From Planctomyces sp. (lineage in GTDB: Bacteria; Planctomycetota; Planctomycetia; Planctomycetales; Planctomycetaceae): 64,000 nucleotides of DNA. The stretch is taken from positions 3,806-67,805 of the forward strand of contig SXPC01000069.1 in NCBI GenBank assembly GCA_005778225.1, written 5' to 3'. Below, one piece after another: positions 20,737-30,369 of this stretch (within the stretch, counting starts at the first letter, position 1; every line of letters begins with the position of its first letter). Position numbers and translations under genes: made by a program. The notes under the pieces are model-generated. The model did no database searches. It worked only from the letters and a program-made list of their open reading frames with translations, and had not been told where the DNA came from.

Positions 20737-20907
20737 ATGACGGTTTGTGACAAACACGGCAACGAAGATCCGCCCGACCCATACGACGGCCGTCCGGATT
20801 GGACACCCGCCGACACCGCGTTTGAAAGTTGTTTCTGGTCAATCAACGCTGACCTGGTCGCGATGATTCTGGCCGTCATCCTGGTTGTCATTTTTGGATG
20901 GAGTTGA
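20737..20907 (+). CDS. Small membrane protein
   Basis: AAGGA RBS; C-terminal TM helix. Confidence 0.5.
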   Translation: MTVCDKHGNEDPPDPYDGRPDWTPADTAFESCFWSINADLVAMILAVILVVIFGWS

Positions 20908-20909
20908 GA

Positions 20910-21365
20910 ATGGATTCTTTGTCATTGAAACGAGTTTTGCCGGGCTCTCGATATGCAGTCCGATTCACAAAGAGTACTTGGTTTGCAGAGCCAGGTGACG
21001 AATGCGTTTTGGTTTGTGACAGCATCCATCACGACACGCCACAATGGCATCTGGAAAACGAAGAAGACGTAAAATTTCACACAGACAGAAAGAGTACCGA
21101 GCAGTTGGACTTCGAGTTCATTGCCGGCCCGCTGCCAGTTCCAGAGAACACCGAGCGTCAAACTTACTGGTATGAGAACCCATTCAATATTTTGCTGATG
21201 GCAATCCTTATCGCGATCATCCTGACCGAGATCAACCAATGCTTTCACCATCTGAACAGCTCGAAAGAACCACAGCCTTCCACGAACTCGGTCCGCTTGG
21301 TGTCGAGCGACTGCCAGTCGTTCGACCCAACTGGATCGATAGCCGAACCTGGATGGAGATCGTAG
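20910..21365 (+). CDS. Hypothetical membrane protein
   Basis: ORF directly after previous stop; one TM segment. Confidence 0.5.
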   Translation: MDSLSLKRVLPGSRYAVRFTKSTWFAEPGDECVLVCDSIHHDTPQWHLENEEDVKFHTDRKSTEQLDFEFIAGPLPVPENTERQTYWYENPFNILLMAILIAIILTEINQCFHHLNSSKEPQPSTNSVRLVSSDCQSFDPTGSIAEPGWRS

Positions 21366-21498
21366 CTAACAGTACGAAGACCAACCTCGTCTCGACGCTC
21401 ATTGAAAATGCTTTGCTCGCCTTCCGAATTCGGAGAACCGCCGAGCTGTTTGAGAAAGCTTTCTTCGTCGGCCCCGTTCACTTCCCAGGATTGCTGTC

Positions 21499-21771
21499 GT
21501 GCCCCGGTCAAATCTCAAACGAGTCGTCGTTCAATTCGACCCAATCGAGCGATTCTGGAAGGTTTCTTCGGCTCCACCACTCGTTCAACGTCCGGCAACC
21601 CTCACCCCGTTCGGAGAGTTCTGCCGGAACGTCCTTAGCGCACAGAATGCCTTCCAGCGGTTAGCCGACCAGATGGAACCGTGGCACGTCCGAGACCGTC
21701 GGGAGCGTCTGGAACGCCTCTCGGACGACTTCCAAGCCTATGTGCTTTCATGCTCTCAAAACGTCGCTTGA
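21499..21771 (+). CDS. Hypothetical protein
   Basis: 90-aa ORF; overlaps alternative ORF 21239-21664. Confidence 0.3.
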   Translation: MPRSNLKRVVVQFDPIERFWKVSSAPPLVQRPATLTPFGEFCRNVLSAQNAFQRLADQMEPWHVRDRRERLERLSDDFQAYVLSCSQNVA

Positions 21772-21860
21772 TACCCCCCCCCACCCATTGTCCGAGAAAA
21801 ATCACGGAACACGCCCGGGCGGTTTCCGTGTAATTTTCCTAAGTTTTACGACCCCCCTAT
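21771..21860 (-). other. Candidate cos (packaging) site
   Basis: GGGGGGTCGTAAAACTT...GGAAACCGCCCGGGCGTGTTCCGTGATTTTT...G-run; dyad CACGGAA-N14-TTCCGTG. Confidence 0.45.
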
Positions 21861-22042
21861 CATGAGCCATGTGTCACGACAGATGTGTCGTGTATTTGGG
21901 GGGTCAGGTCGTGAGTCGGGAGTCGCGACACTTTGGTCGTACATCCGAAGATGAAATGACGACCGACTCATGAGATTTGAGTCGGTCGGATCATCAAAGC
22001 ATTGATGAGATCACGAGCATGTTGCCATTGTCGGCACACTAA

Positions 22043-22837
22043 CTAAGCAGCGAGATCCAATGATGTGGAAATTTCCGCATCGAATCGTTTGGCTGAGATC
22101 TCGCAATAACTTTCCTCTTGCTCAAACATGATGACGCGTCGACCTGTTCTCATTGCTGCAACTCCAGTCGTGCCCGATCCACCGAACGTGTCCAGGATCA
22201 ACGAACCAGGTTGAAACGGTCGCATCAACTCAACCATCAGATCAGTTGGCTTACCGGTGAGGTGATACTTATCTGTCTGCTTGACTGGAAACGTGTAGCA
22301 TCCGTCATAAGGACCATCGTGCGTGGCTTTGTGCACGCTGCCTTTCGATCCCCAAACGATGTACTCGCATTGATGGCGGAAGTATCCCTTGTGTGGGGCT
22401 CGGCTCCCTCGTCCTTTGTTCCAGGTGGCGATACCCTTCCACCCAAAGCCAGACGCCTGGACGATGTTGATCATTGATGGCAGCATTCGCCAGTCGATGA
22501 AGCTGAGAACGTACGCACCTGGTCGGCATGCTTGGAAGGCTTGACCCATCAGCAAAGTCAGCCAGAACTCGAAGCCTCTCGGCTCTCTGGCGTCGCCGTC
22601 GAATGATGGCCTGCCGCGCGCATCAGCGTGATGTGCATACTTAGCAACGACGTCCTGCCCGCGACCGGCAACTGTCCCAGCTCCTGAGCAGTAGGGGGGA
22701 TCGGTTAGAAATCCGTCGATCGACTTCTTCGGCAACCGACGGACCAGGTCGAGAGCTTCGCCATGGTAAAGCTGGACAGAATCGTTCTGATAATACGGCC
22801 GAACTCCGTCGAGAGTCGGCCAGGCGGTCGTCTTCAT
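22043..22837 (-). CDS. Orphan N6A/N4C DNA methyltransferase (beta class)
   Basis: TDPPY before DTFGGSGTTG; HLTGKP. Confidence 0.9.
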   Translation of the reverse strand: MKTTAWPTLDGVRPYYQNDSVQLYHGEALDLVRRLPKKSIDGFLTDPPYCSGAGTVAGRGQDVVAKYAHHADARGRPSFDGDAREPRGFEFWLTLLMGQAFQACRPGAYVLSFIDWRMLPSMINIVQASGFGWKGIATWNKGRGSRAPHKGYFRHQCEYIVWGSKGSVHKATHDGPYDGCYTFPVKQTDKYHLTGKPTDLMVELMRPFQPGSLILDTFGGSGTTGVAAMRTGRRVIMFEQEESYCEISAKRFDAEISTSLDLAA

Positions 22838-22902
22838 GAGTCGCATCCTGCGTTCGTGTGAGAGAGGAAGGTGTTTTCCCACACGAGCGCAGCTAGCGCG
22901 GA

Positions 22903-23742
22903 CTAAGCCGCCAGACGATACTTCGTCATCGTCAGCTTCCCCTCGAACGTCGTGAGGTCGCGGCCGTCTTTGCGCACGACAACCACGAAACCGTAATAGT
23001 CCGGACTGATCGCGGCCGTCTGAACCTTCGACGGCTCGAACTTCACCGCGACTCGTCCAGTCGGCACATGCACAACACCGGTCAACGTCCCGACTTCCTC
23101 GCTGGTCGGCTTGCTGTAATAGAGCGTCACAGTCGCGCCTGTGATGTCGATGTCCGGATTCGAGACCTTGTGGGTCAGAACGATCGCACGGCCATCAACG
23201 GCCGCGTAATCGTCACCACAAACGAGATTGATGTTTCCGTCCTTGTCGACCGGGCTGTATCCGATTGCCGGTCCGATCTTGTTCGTCAGCTGAGAGATCG
23301 CCGTCGACGCGAAACCGGAAATGATGCGGCCCGTCGCCGTCCAAACCCTGCTGGCGATCGATGTTTGAACCGAGTCTGCCAGGCCCATCGAGTCGCCAGG
23401 CTTCGCCCAGGCACCCTCTCGACCCTCTGTGATCGGGATCTCATACACAAAGCTGATCGGGTTGTCGAACTGGTCCGGCGTGCCGTTGTCGCACACGGCC
23501 CAGGAGTAATACATCGTCTCCGGACTGCTGTTGAGATCATCGGCCTGCACGCTCGCGATGTATTGAGATTTGCCGACGCCGACAACGGCCAGCTCGTCCA
23601 TCATCAGATAGGGCTGGTCGTTGATGTTCCACGCTTTGAACGTCTGCGTCGACCAGTGATAGAACTCTCCGGCCGCGTTCCAAATGCGAACGTAACAGTC
23701 GAGACCTTCATCGTCGGTGATCTTAAAATCAATCATTGCCAT
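22903..23742 (-). CDS. Phage tail-associated hypothetical protein
   Basis: End of tail module; beta-rich C-terminus. Confidence 0.6.
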   Translation of the reverse strand: MAMIDFKITDDEGLDCYVRIWNAAGEFYHWSTQTFKAWNINDQPYLMMDELAVVGVGKSQYIASVQADDLNSSPETMYYSWAVCDNGTPDQFDNPISFVYEIPITEGREGAWAKPGDSMGLADSVQTSIASRVWTATGRIISGFASTAISQLTNKIGPAIGYSPVDKDGNINLVCGDDYAAVDGRAIVLTHKVSNPDIDITGATVTLYYSKPTSEEVGTLTGVVHVPTGRVAVKFEPSKVQTAAISPDYYGFVVVVRKDGRDLTTFEGKLTMTKYRLAA

Positions 23743-23750
23743 TGGATTTC

Positions 23751-25172
23751 CTAGCCTACGCCCCATTGAAGTGATGATTGAGACCGCGCCCGTCTCTTGC
23801 GTCTTGACAGCTTCGTCAAAGAGTCTGAATCGAGTTCACCGTAGCGTTGTTTGCGATCGTCGCTGCGGATCTCCAGGTGACCCGTTCCGGCTGTGTAGTC
23901 TCCCCGCTCGTTCTTGTGCAGGTTGAATTGCCCTGTAACGGTCTGCCCTGTCGTCGGATTGCGGAGCTTGACTTCGGGCGCTCGACCCTCGATCGCATGC
24001 TTGCCCAGGCCGGTCAATGTTTGGTAGGTCGGATAGACGATTTCCGTGAACGTTGTGTTGGCAGACATCATGTGCGTGTAGAACATGCCGAGCCGCGCGT
24101 CGCCGGTAAAGGTGGCGCGACGATGAAGCGTCCCATCGGTCGTCAGATCTTGCAGCGTAAAGACATCGAGATAGCCGCCGCCGTGTGGCCGAAAGTCGAT
24201 CTGCGTTTTCTGTTGAATGACCAATGAGTAACAGACGAACGGCACTCCAATCACAGGCGCAGTGTCAACTGCATCAACCAGGATCTTATCAGCTGCCAAT
24301 CGCTTCTCGCCGTGGAACCCGCCGCCCAACAGATTCGCGTCCCGATCGCCAACCGCATACCAGTTTTCGGATTCGCCTTGAATCGAATACGCGTTGTTGT
24401 CGCGGAAGCTCGCGAAGGTATCAAGCCCACCACCACGCGTTTGCGGGTGATCGAGAGAGACGAAATTGATTCCGAAGATGTACAGCGCTTTGACGCCGGT
24501 TCCGTTGCCTGTATGCCTGACTCGAATCGTCCGGGCACCGGGCACCACAGAAAACTCTGCGATGATCAGTCGGCCCGACTGCGTGCCGGTCAGATTCTCT
24601 TGCCAGACGATCTTGCCAGCTACTGAGATCTCAACTTCAGCGCCTCCAGACGAAGCGAGAAATGCGACCCGACATTTTGCCTCCGGTGGAAAAGTTTCGT
24701 CCCATTCCAGGCAGTCATTGCCAAGCGTGGTCAGTCGAGCGACTGGCGCAGTTCCCGCCGTTGATCCAGGAACAACTGTCGCCACTCCGATGTTTTGATC
24801 CGACCAGCCCGTTGGCCCAGCTCCGAGAGCAGCAACCGCCGACGTCGCGACTCCGATCCGCGTCGGAATTCGCTTGTAAGCGCAAGCCGACATGCCGACG
24901 AGGTTCTGAACGAGCGAGATTCCGAATCGATCTTGTGACTGCACCTGCCCGTTCGAATCTTGCACGGTATTGATCGAACCAGAGAGGCCGTACTTTCCAT
25001 TGGCCATCTGCACCTGCAGGCCACCTTTGCCGCCGCCGGGCTTGTGGGAGAACAGCAAAAGAGAATTTGCATTTTGCCACACAGCGATCTTGAGCGAACT
25101 ACCGGCGGTCAGGTCGTTCGGGGGCAGGATCTCGGCCGGAAGTCCGGACGTGTCGCGTTGTGCTTCGGGCAT
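23751..25172 (-). CDS. Putative tail/receptor-binding protein
   Basis: Start MPEAQ with AAGGA RBS; G/T/S-rich beta-like sequence. Confidence 0.55.
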   Translation of the reverse strand: MPEAQRDTSGLPAEILPPNDLTAGSSLKIAVWQNANSLLLFSHKPGGGKGGLQVQMANGKYGLSGSINTVQDSNGQVQSQDRFGISLVQNLVGMSACAYKRIPTRIGVATSAVAALGAGPTGWSDQNIGVATVVPGSTAGTAPVARLTTLGNDCLEWDETFPPEAKCRVAFLASSGGAEVEISVAGKIVWQENLTGTQSGRLIIAEFSVVPGARTIRVRHTGNGTGVKALYIFGINFVSLDHPQTRGGGLDTFASFRDNNAYSIQGESENWYAVGDRDANLLGGGFHGEKRLAADKILVDAVDTAPVIGVPFVCYSLVIQQKTQIDFRPHGGGYLDVFTLQDLTTDGTLHRRATFTGDARLGMFYTHMMSANTTFTEIVYPTYQTLTGLGKHAIEGRAPEVKLRNPTTGQTVTGQFNLHKNERGDYTAGTGHLEIRSDDRKQRYGELDSDSLTKLSRRKRRARSQSSLQWGVG

Positions 25173-25176
25173 GGTC

Positions 25177-25533
25177 TCAATCCTTGATACCGTAATCGGA
25201 ATTCCAACAGGTGATGCACTCCGGGTATTTCGTCGCTGCGAACTTCGCCAGGTCGATCTTCGGACATCGGCAGAGCCGACAACGCACCGCGCCTTTACCC
25301 CAAACGCACTTGTTGCAGTTCGCCAGGCGCCGCTGCATCTCGTCAGGCGGATTGAGCTCGCCGCCGGATTCAATGATCGCTCCGAGCTTTTCCGGCGCGT
25401 CCCGCATGACGCGAAGCGCCTCTCGAGTACTCGTCTGTCCGGCGACGACGTCGAGCGCGAGCGACACGCCCGACTTGATGACGGCCGGCAAGATTTGAAC
25501 GGCCGCTTTGACCTTTTCCTCACATGTACACAT
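25177..25533 (-). CDS. Cys-rich small phage protein
   Basis: GGAG RBS; RRLANCNKC..CRLCRC..C motif. Confidence 0.65.
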   Translation of the reverse strand: MCTCEEKVKAAVQILPAVIKSGVSLALDVVAGQTSTREALRVMRDAPEKLGAIIESGGELNPPDEMQRRLANCNKCVWGKGAVRCRLCRCPKIDLAKFAATKYPECITCWNSDYGIKD

Positions 25534-25624
25534 TTCGAAAAATCTCCATCCTTGGAGCGAAGGTGCCGTTCCCTTTTGCCGGGAGAAGGGTATGGTGGCA
25601 CACCTCTTTCTCCGGGATTCATCC

Positions 25625-25825
25625 ATGAAAACGCATCGCTTGTTGATCGTGATCTGCTTGTTTCTTTGTGTGCCAATCTCCTGCATCGGCTGGTCGGTTT
25701 ACAAAGACCGGCAACTGATGCCGCTGTCCGGCGAGGACGGCGAGTACCTCGACCAGGTCGAGAAACACAACCGCGCTCTGATCGACAAAGTGGAACGCGA
25801 TCGCGAAGCCGCTAACCAAAATTGA
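25625..25825 (+). CDS. Opposite-strand single-TM small protein (moron)
   Basis: MKTHRLLIVICLFLCVPISCIGWSVYK then charged helix; fills the gap between tail genes. Confidence 0.55.
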   Translation: MKTHRLLIVICLFLCVPISCIGWSVYKDRQLMPLSGEDGEYLDQVEKHNRALIDKVERDREAANQN

Positions 25826-28800
25826 TGGTCACGTTGTTCATCGCGAATTCCTCTCTCTGGTCGTACGTTGTGATGCTGCCAGTCGGGCATTCCGTCAGAT
25901 AGAGAACGGTTCCCTCAAATCCAGAACCCGCGTTGATTTCAAGCCGATAACTCGAAGGCCCAAGTTTCGTCAGCTGCACCGACATCGGAATCGCTGCACT
26001 GCCTGGATCTGGAACTGACCAGGTACAACCGGACTCGTTGCCAGTTTGGAAGTCGACAGTCCCGTTGTAAGTCGCTTCCGGCACGCCACCAAAGAACGTG
26101 TTGTAGACCCAATCCAACTCAGCAGGCAGGCCACACATTGAACAGGCACAACAGCACGTGTTCGTCGCGTCGCTGACTGTCACCTCATACACGTTGGTCG
26201 GCCCGACGTGTCGTGCGTACCGGTTGTAAGTCTTGCTGCAACTGCTGTCAGCGTTGCGAATCACCATAACGACCTGCGCCGCCGATCCACCGACGCAGGT
26301 TAGTTCGACATCAGCTCTGAGACAGTCGTCCGTACCTGGAACGATGAAGTCGGCAATCTCATAAAGTCCACTGCCCGCGACTCCGCTGAGGTTGATGTTG
26401 CCGGTCCAGCTGTGACAGGCGGTCGTGATTGTTGTGTTTAGAACCATCGTCGAACCGGCTGAATTACAGTCGTATGGTGGCGGGTCAGCTTCACAATCAG
26501 GTTGCGGTCCTGAAAAACATCGCCCCTGGATAATGCCACCGTTCGTGAAGCCACCACTCTCGATGATCGAGTCTTTCGCCGCGAAAAGTGCATCACCGAG
26601 ACAGGGGCAGTAGCATTCGCACGTACCGCCGGCGTTGATGATCCACGCACGTGGCCCGGCCCCTTCGACGCCGATGAATAGTTCGTTGAACGTCTCGACC
26701 GACGTCACGGGAACAAAATCACCAGGTGCGCTATCAACGTGAGAAAGTCGATAAAGACACACGCCACCGCCGGGACAATCACCCGTCACGCCGTTGCACA
26801 CGTGAACATACAGCCGACCGTTGTTACTGACGATGAATTGTCCTGGAGAGTCTTCCGGCCGGCATGTGCATTTGCAGTTGGTGTACCAGCTGCGAGGCTC
26901 CGAAAATTCTTCGTCTCCGATGTCTCCGCACTCAATCACACACTGCGCCTTACAGGTCTGCACCAGGTAAAAAGTATCCGCTGGTGACTCAAAGTAGACG
27001 CTGACGGGCTCACCTGGATTGACGAGCGACATCGCCAACGCATAGGCGCCGATTGCACCAAAGATATCACCTCGTCTCAGCGACTTACTCTTGTGTTCAA
27101 AGAGCAGAGAGCGATAGTCGTCAGGTGAGACGATGCCCGTGCTTCCGCCCAGATTTGATTTCGAGATCGCCAGGATATCCTTGCCGGGATGCGCGGCATC
27201 ATCAACGATGTGCGTGCCCCAAACGTAATCCCCAGCCAGCGTGTAATGATGGTAAGGTGACTCAGCGAGACTGCCGCAAAGAAAGGTCGCAGGATCGGTG
27301 TACCGATACCCTGAACCGACTTCGACATAGCCGGTCGACGTCGTTCCCCAGTTCGGCTGGTAACGAGTATTGATCCACGGCGTGAGGCTTGTCGTATTCT
27401 CAACGATGGACTTCGTGTCGACCGTGAAAGTCTCGATGTTCGAGCCAATGTAGAGCGCCGCCGAGCCGTCACCATTCCCGACGTAGTATGTGGGAAACGT
27501 ATAATTCCCGGTCTGTGTGGCGATGGGATCGCAATTGCCACCAAGATACGTGCCGGCCCCGAAACCATCAGTCCATGACTCAGAGCAAAAAGTCTTCTTT
27601 AGGCCTGTCAGCGTGCCGTCAGCCTGCAGGCTAAAAAATATCGAATGGAAATAATAGACGGTGGTTGGCGGAATGGACCCCATGATAGGAAGCGCTTCGT
27701 CGAACCAACGGCACCAGCCGAAATAGGTATCATTGCTCAACACTTCGATGCGGAATCGCTGCAGGCAGCTGGCGTCGAAGCCGTGCCAATAGCCGGGACT
27801 CACGACAGCGGGCTCACCGATCGGCGCGGCGACGGTCATCGTATGCGTTTGCGTGTAATCAACCGGGCCTTGAATCCCGAGATACAAGTCCGCCGACTCT
27901 GGATAATGCACGCTGGCCACAAACCCCGTCGACCCGGCGTTGATTTCGTCGCAGAGCAGCTGCAGAGCGACTTGATATTCGGTTTCCGCGTCCAGCGAGA
28001 CACTAAAGGTTGTGCCGTCGATTGTCGCAGCGAGAACGGTATCCTCTGGCCAGAAGCCATAAGGCAAAAATGGATTGCCTGGATACTCCGCAATGAAACA
28101 ACGCCAGCCGGGATGCCCAAACCAGAACCATTCCTCAAAATCTTCACCAGTCACATCGGTGTTAAGGTCAGGCTCGGCTGTCAGAAGATAGTAACCGCCG
28201 GCATCGTAGACGAACGACGTGTGAGATCCATCGTCACCATTGAGGACTGCGTATTCTGAGGCAGCCAGCAAGATGCTTTCTGCGCCTTTCCACGTCCGGA
28301 ACATGATCGTGTCCGAACTTCCGCATCCCGCCATCACTGAGATATGACCGACGCCGTTTTCGGTCATCGATGGATTCTCAAACCAGTCATCAAAAAGAAC
28401 GGTTGTGCTGAGATCAGCGACCGCATCCACAGTCACCAGCCCATAAGTCCCGGTCCCCGTCTCTCTGAAGACGATCTGCCATGAGGAGACTTGCTGATTG
28501 TACCAGGCCCAGATGATTGAATCGTAAAAGATGCCTAGATGCGCGAACCGATAGTTCTGATAGCGCTGTTTTTGGTTATGTTGAAAGTTACTTCCGTCGA
28601 ACGACTCCAGCCTGAGAATTGACGTTGATGTGATATCGACCGCGGCGACTTCATCCGGACCATTGTCGGACGATCTGAGAATGACCGACTCATACCCCGG
28701 ACTGGCCACAATGCGCGTCCAGACACCATGGGTTTCGTCGAGGACGCACCCAGCTGACACAAGGAAGCGATGCGGATCGGTCCCGATGTCTTCGCCGATC

Positions 28801-28883
28801 GCTTCGCCGCTTTGATTCAGTCCGTCGAACTCCAGCGGTTCGCGTGGGTTGCTGTCTCGTGTACGCTCACAACAGCAACTCAT
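25812..28883 (-). CDS. Large Cys-rich tail tip/adhesin-like protein (1023 aa)
   Basis: Position after distal tail genes; MSCCC start, many Cys clusters. Confidence 0.6.
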   Translation of the reverse strand: MSCCCERTRDSNPREPLEFDGLNQSGEAIGEDIGTDPHRFLVSAGCVLDETHGVWTRIVASPGYESVILRSSDNGPDEVAAVDITSTSILRLESFDGSNFQHNQKQRYQNYRFAHLGIFYDSIIWAWYNQQVSSWQIVFRETGTGTYGLVTVDAVADLSTTVLFDDWFENPSMTENGVGHISVMAGCGSSDTIMFRTWKGAESILLAASEYAVLNGDDGSHTSFVYDAGGYYLLTAEPDLNTDVTGEDFEEWFWFGHPGWRCFIAEYPGNPFLPYGFWPEDTVLAATIDGTTFSVSLDAETEYQVALQLLCDEINAGSTGFVASVHYPESADLYLGIQGPVDYTQTHTMTVAAPIGEPAVVSPGYWHGFDASCLQRFRIEVLSNDTYFGWCRWFDEALPIMGSIPPTTVYYFHSIFFSLQADGTLTGLKKTFCSESWTDGFGAGTYLGGNCDPIATQTGNYTFPTYYVGNGDGSAALYIGSNIETFTVDTKSIVENTTSLTPWINTRYQPNWGTTSTGYVEVGSGYRYTDPATFLCGSLAESPYHHYTLAGDYVWGTHIVDDAAHPGKDILAISKSNLGGSTGIVSPDDYRSLLFEHKSKSLRRGDIFGAIGAYALAMSLVNPGEPVSVYFESPADTFYLVQTCKAQCVIECGDIGDEEFSEPRSWYTNCKCTCRPEDSPGQFIVSNNGRLYVHVCNGVTGDCPGGGVCLYRLSHVDSAPGDFVPVTSVETFNELFIGVEGAGPRAWIINAGGTCECYCPCLGDALFAAKDSIIESGGFTNGGIIQGRCFSGPQPDCEADPPPYDCNSAGSTMVLNTTITTACHSWTGNINLSGVAGSGLYEIADFIVPGTDDCLRADVELTCVGGSAAQVVMVIRNADSSCSKTYNRYARHVGPTNVYEVTVSDATNTCCCACSMCGLPAELDWVYNTFFGGVPEATYNGTVDFQTGNESGCTWSVPDPGSAAIPMSVQLTKLGPSSYRLEINAGSGFEGTVLYLTECPTGSITTYDQREEFAMNNVTINFG

Positions 28884-29407
28884 GTTGACCCGTACCCCCT
28901 GTTGAGACCGCCGGTGTGATCGCCTTCCAGGTTGTCACCTTCGCTGCTCCACGCCAATTCGACCGACCAGCCATTGATGCCTTTGATGCGGATCTCGACT
29001 TCGCCGTTTGGTAAATCGCCACCATCGAGAGTCAAAGTGAAGATGTCTGGATTGGCCACGACGGTGGCCAGCTCATTCCAGGACTTGCGAACGCTAGGAG
29101 CTTCCTCTTCTTCCTCTTCGACTTCTGGACTCTCCAATTTCTCCTCCCACCCAATGAGCCAGTCTTCTTCAATGTCCTCTTCGCCCGCTTGGCGAAAAAT
29201 GACTCGAAGTATGGCGGAACCGCCGGTGGCACTGCGGAAGGACAAGAACCAAACGCGCGTGCAAGATCCGCCGCCGACGCCAGGCTTCGGACCTTTCGGA
29301 CGCTTCGCTTCGTTGATGACGGCCTCGATCTTGGACTTGTTCTGGCCGAACCAGCTATCCAAGACCTTCAGCCGATTCGCCAACGCATCACTCAATACAC
29401 TCGCCAT
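28880..29407 (-). CDS. Tail-module hypothetical protein
   Basis: ORF coupled to neighbours. Confidence 0.6.
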   Translation of the reverse strand: MASVLSDALANRLKVLDSWFGQNKSKIEAVINEAKRPKGPKPGVGGGSCTRVWFLSFRSATGGSAILRVIFRQAGEEDIEEDWLIGWEEKLESPEVEEEEEEAPSVRKSWNELATVVANPDIFTLTLDGGDLPNGEVEIRIKGINGWSVELAWSSEGDNLEGDHTGGLNRGYGST

Positions 29408-29418
29408 CGTCTGACCCC

Positions 29419-30369
29419 TTAGGTGTTGCTGCCGACGCCAGGCATGTCGGCAAACGAGACGATGTAGTAGGCGTCATGTGACCGAGCGACGGCGTTGGCC
29501 AGCGTGGGGTCGACGAGGACTCCCCCCGCGCCATTCAGTAACGCTTCGGTTGTGATGGGATCATCCGATCCGTTGTCCGGATCAAGATCCTTGAACGTGA
29601 TGGCAACCTGCTTACCCTCGACGAGCTTCTTATAGCCCTTGTCGATGACACGGGGCTGAAAGCTCAATCGATCAACATCGATATCCCATTCGCCGGTGAA
29701 GTACTTGATCTGCTCTCCGGTTTCTTCGTTGACCCCTTCATACTGCTCATCCGAGACAGTGGGATTACGAAAGAAGGCTTTCCCGGCCGGGATTGAGCGG
29801 CCCCGAATTGAGATTGTCGCGCTGTTGACTGAGTTCGAGTAGTCATGCAGAAAGTCAGGCGGCGCGGCGAAGTTTTTTCGAAAGTGATACGTCACCGTTT
29901 CCCAGTCGACTTCCAGCGGTGGATCGTAGGTCTCATGCGCCGAGGTGAAGACAGGATCGCCGTGTATGTCGTGCGTGACGACGCGTTTCCCCATCCGAGC
30001 TTGTGAGGTGATGTTGACCTTCCGCTGGAGCGGGTGTGGCTGATCGCGTTTCTCTTTCTGCTTCTGGCCAAGAGGCTTGTTGTTGTATTCGTACTTCAGC
30101 TTCCAGAAGAGCCCGGCTTCGTGCTCAATCTGGATCTTCCTCGCCGTCAAGAACCAGTTCTGGTTATGACTGTCGAGGTAGGTCGGCAGATACAAGGGCG
30201 AGCCGGACTTCCGTTTCGCAAACGAGAATCCTGGAACATTCTGACGGACCCACTCGCCGTCGAGCGCGGCGCTGCTGACCTTGATCCGGAAGATCCGTTC
30301 GGTATTCACTTCCGACCCGTCATCAGTGACCGGTCTGGCGCGAAGTTCAGAGGCCCAAATCACACTCAT
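29419..30369 (-). CDS. Putative distal tail protein
   Basis: Directly downstream of tape measure. Confidence 0.55.
   Translation of the reverse strand: MSVIWASELRARPVTDDGSEVNTERIFRIKVSSAALDGEWVRQNVPGFSFAKRKSGSPLYLPTYLDSHNQNWFLTARKIQIEHEAGLFWKLKYEYNNKPLGQKQKEKRDQPHPLQRKVNITSQARMGKRVVTHDIHGDPVFTSAHETYDPPLEVDWETVTYHFRKNFAAPPDFLHDYSNSVNSATISIRGRSIPAGKAFFRNPTVSDEQYEGVNEETGEQIKYFTGEWDIDVDRLSFQPRVIDKGYKKLVEGKQVAITFKDLDPDNGSDDPITTEALLNGAGGVLVDPTLANAVARSHDAYYIVSFADMPGVGSNT

Noticed and set aside
23742-23830. Programmed frameshift fusing the 23751-25172 gene to 22903-23742
   Set aside because: The -1 frame is briefly open but there is no slippery heptamer, and the downstream gene has its own RBS
25173-25676. 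N-terminal 168 aa of the 641-aa ORF
   Set aside because: Overlaps the Cys-rich gene in another frame; a good RBS supports a start at 25172
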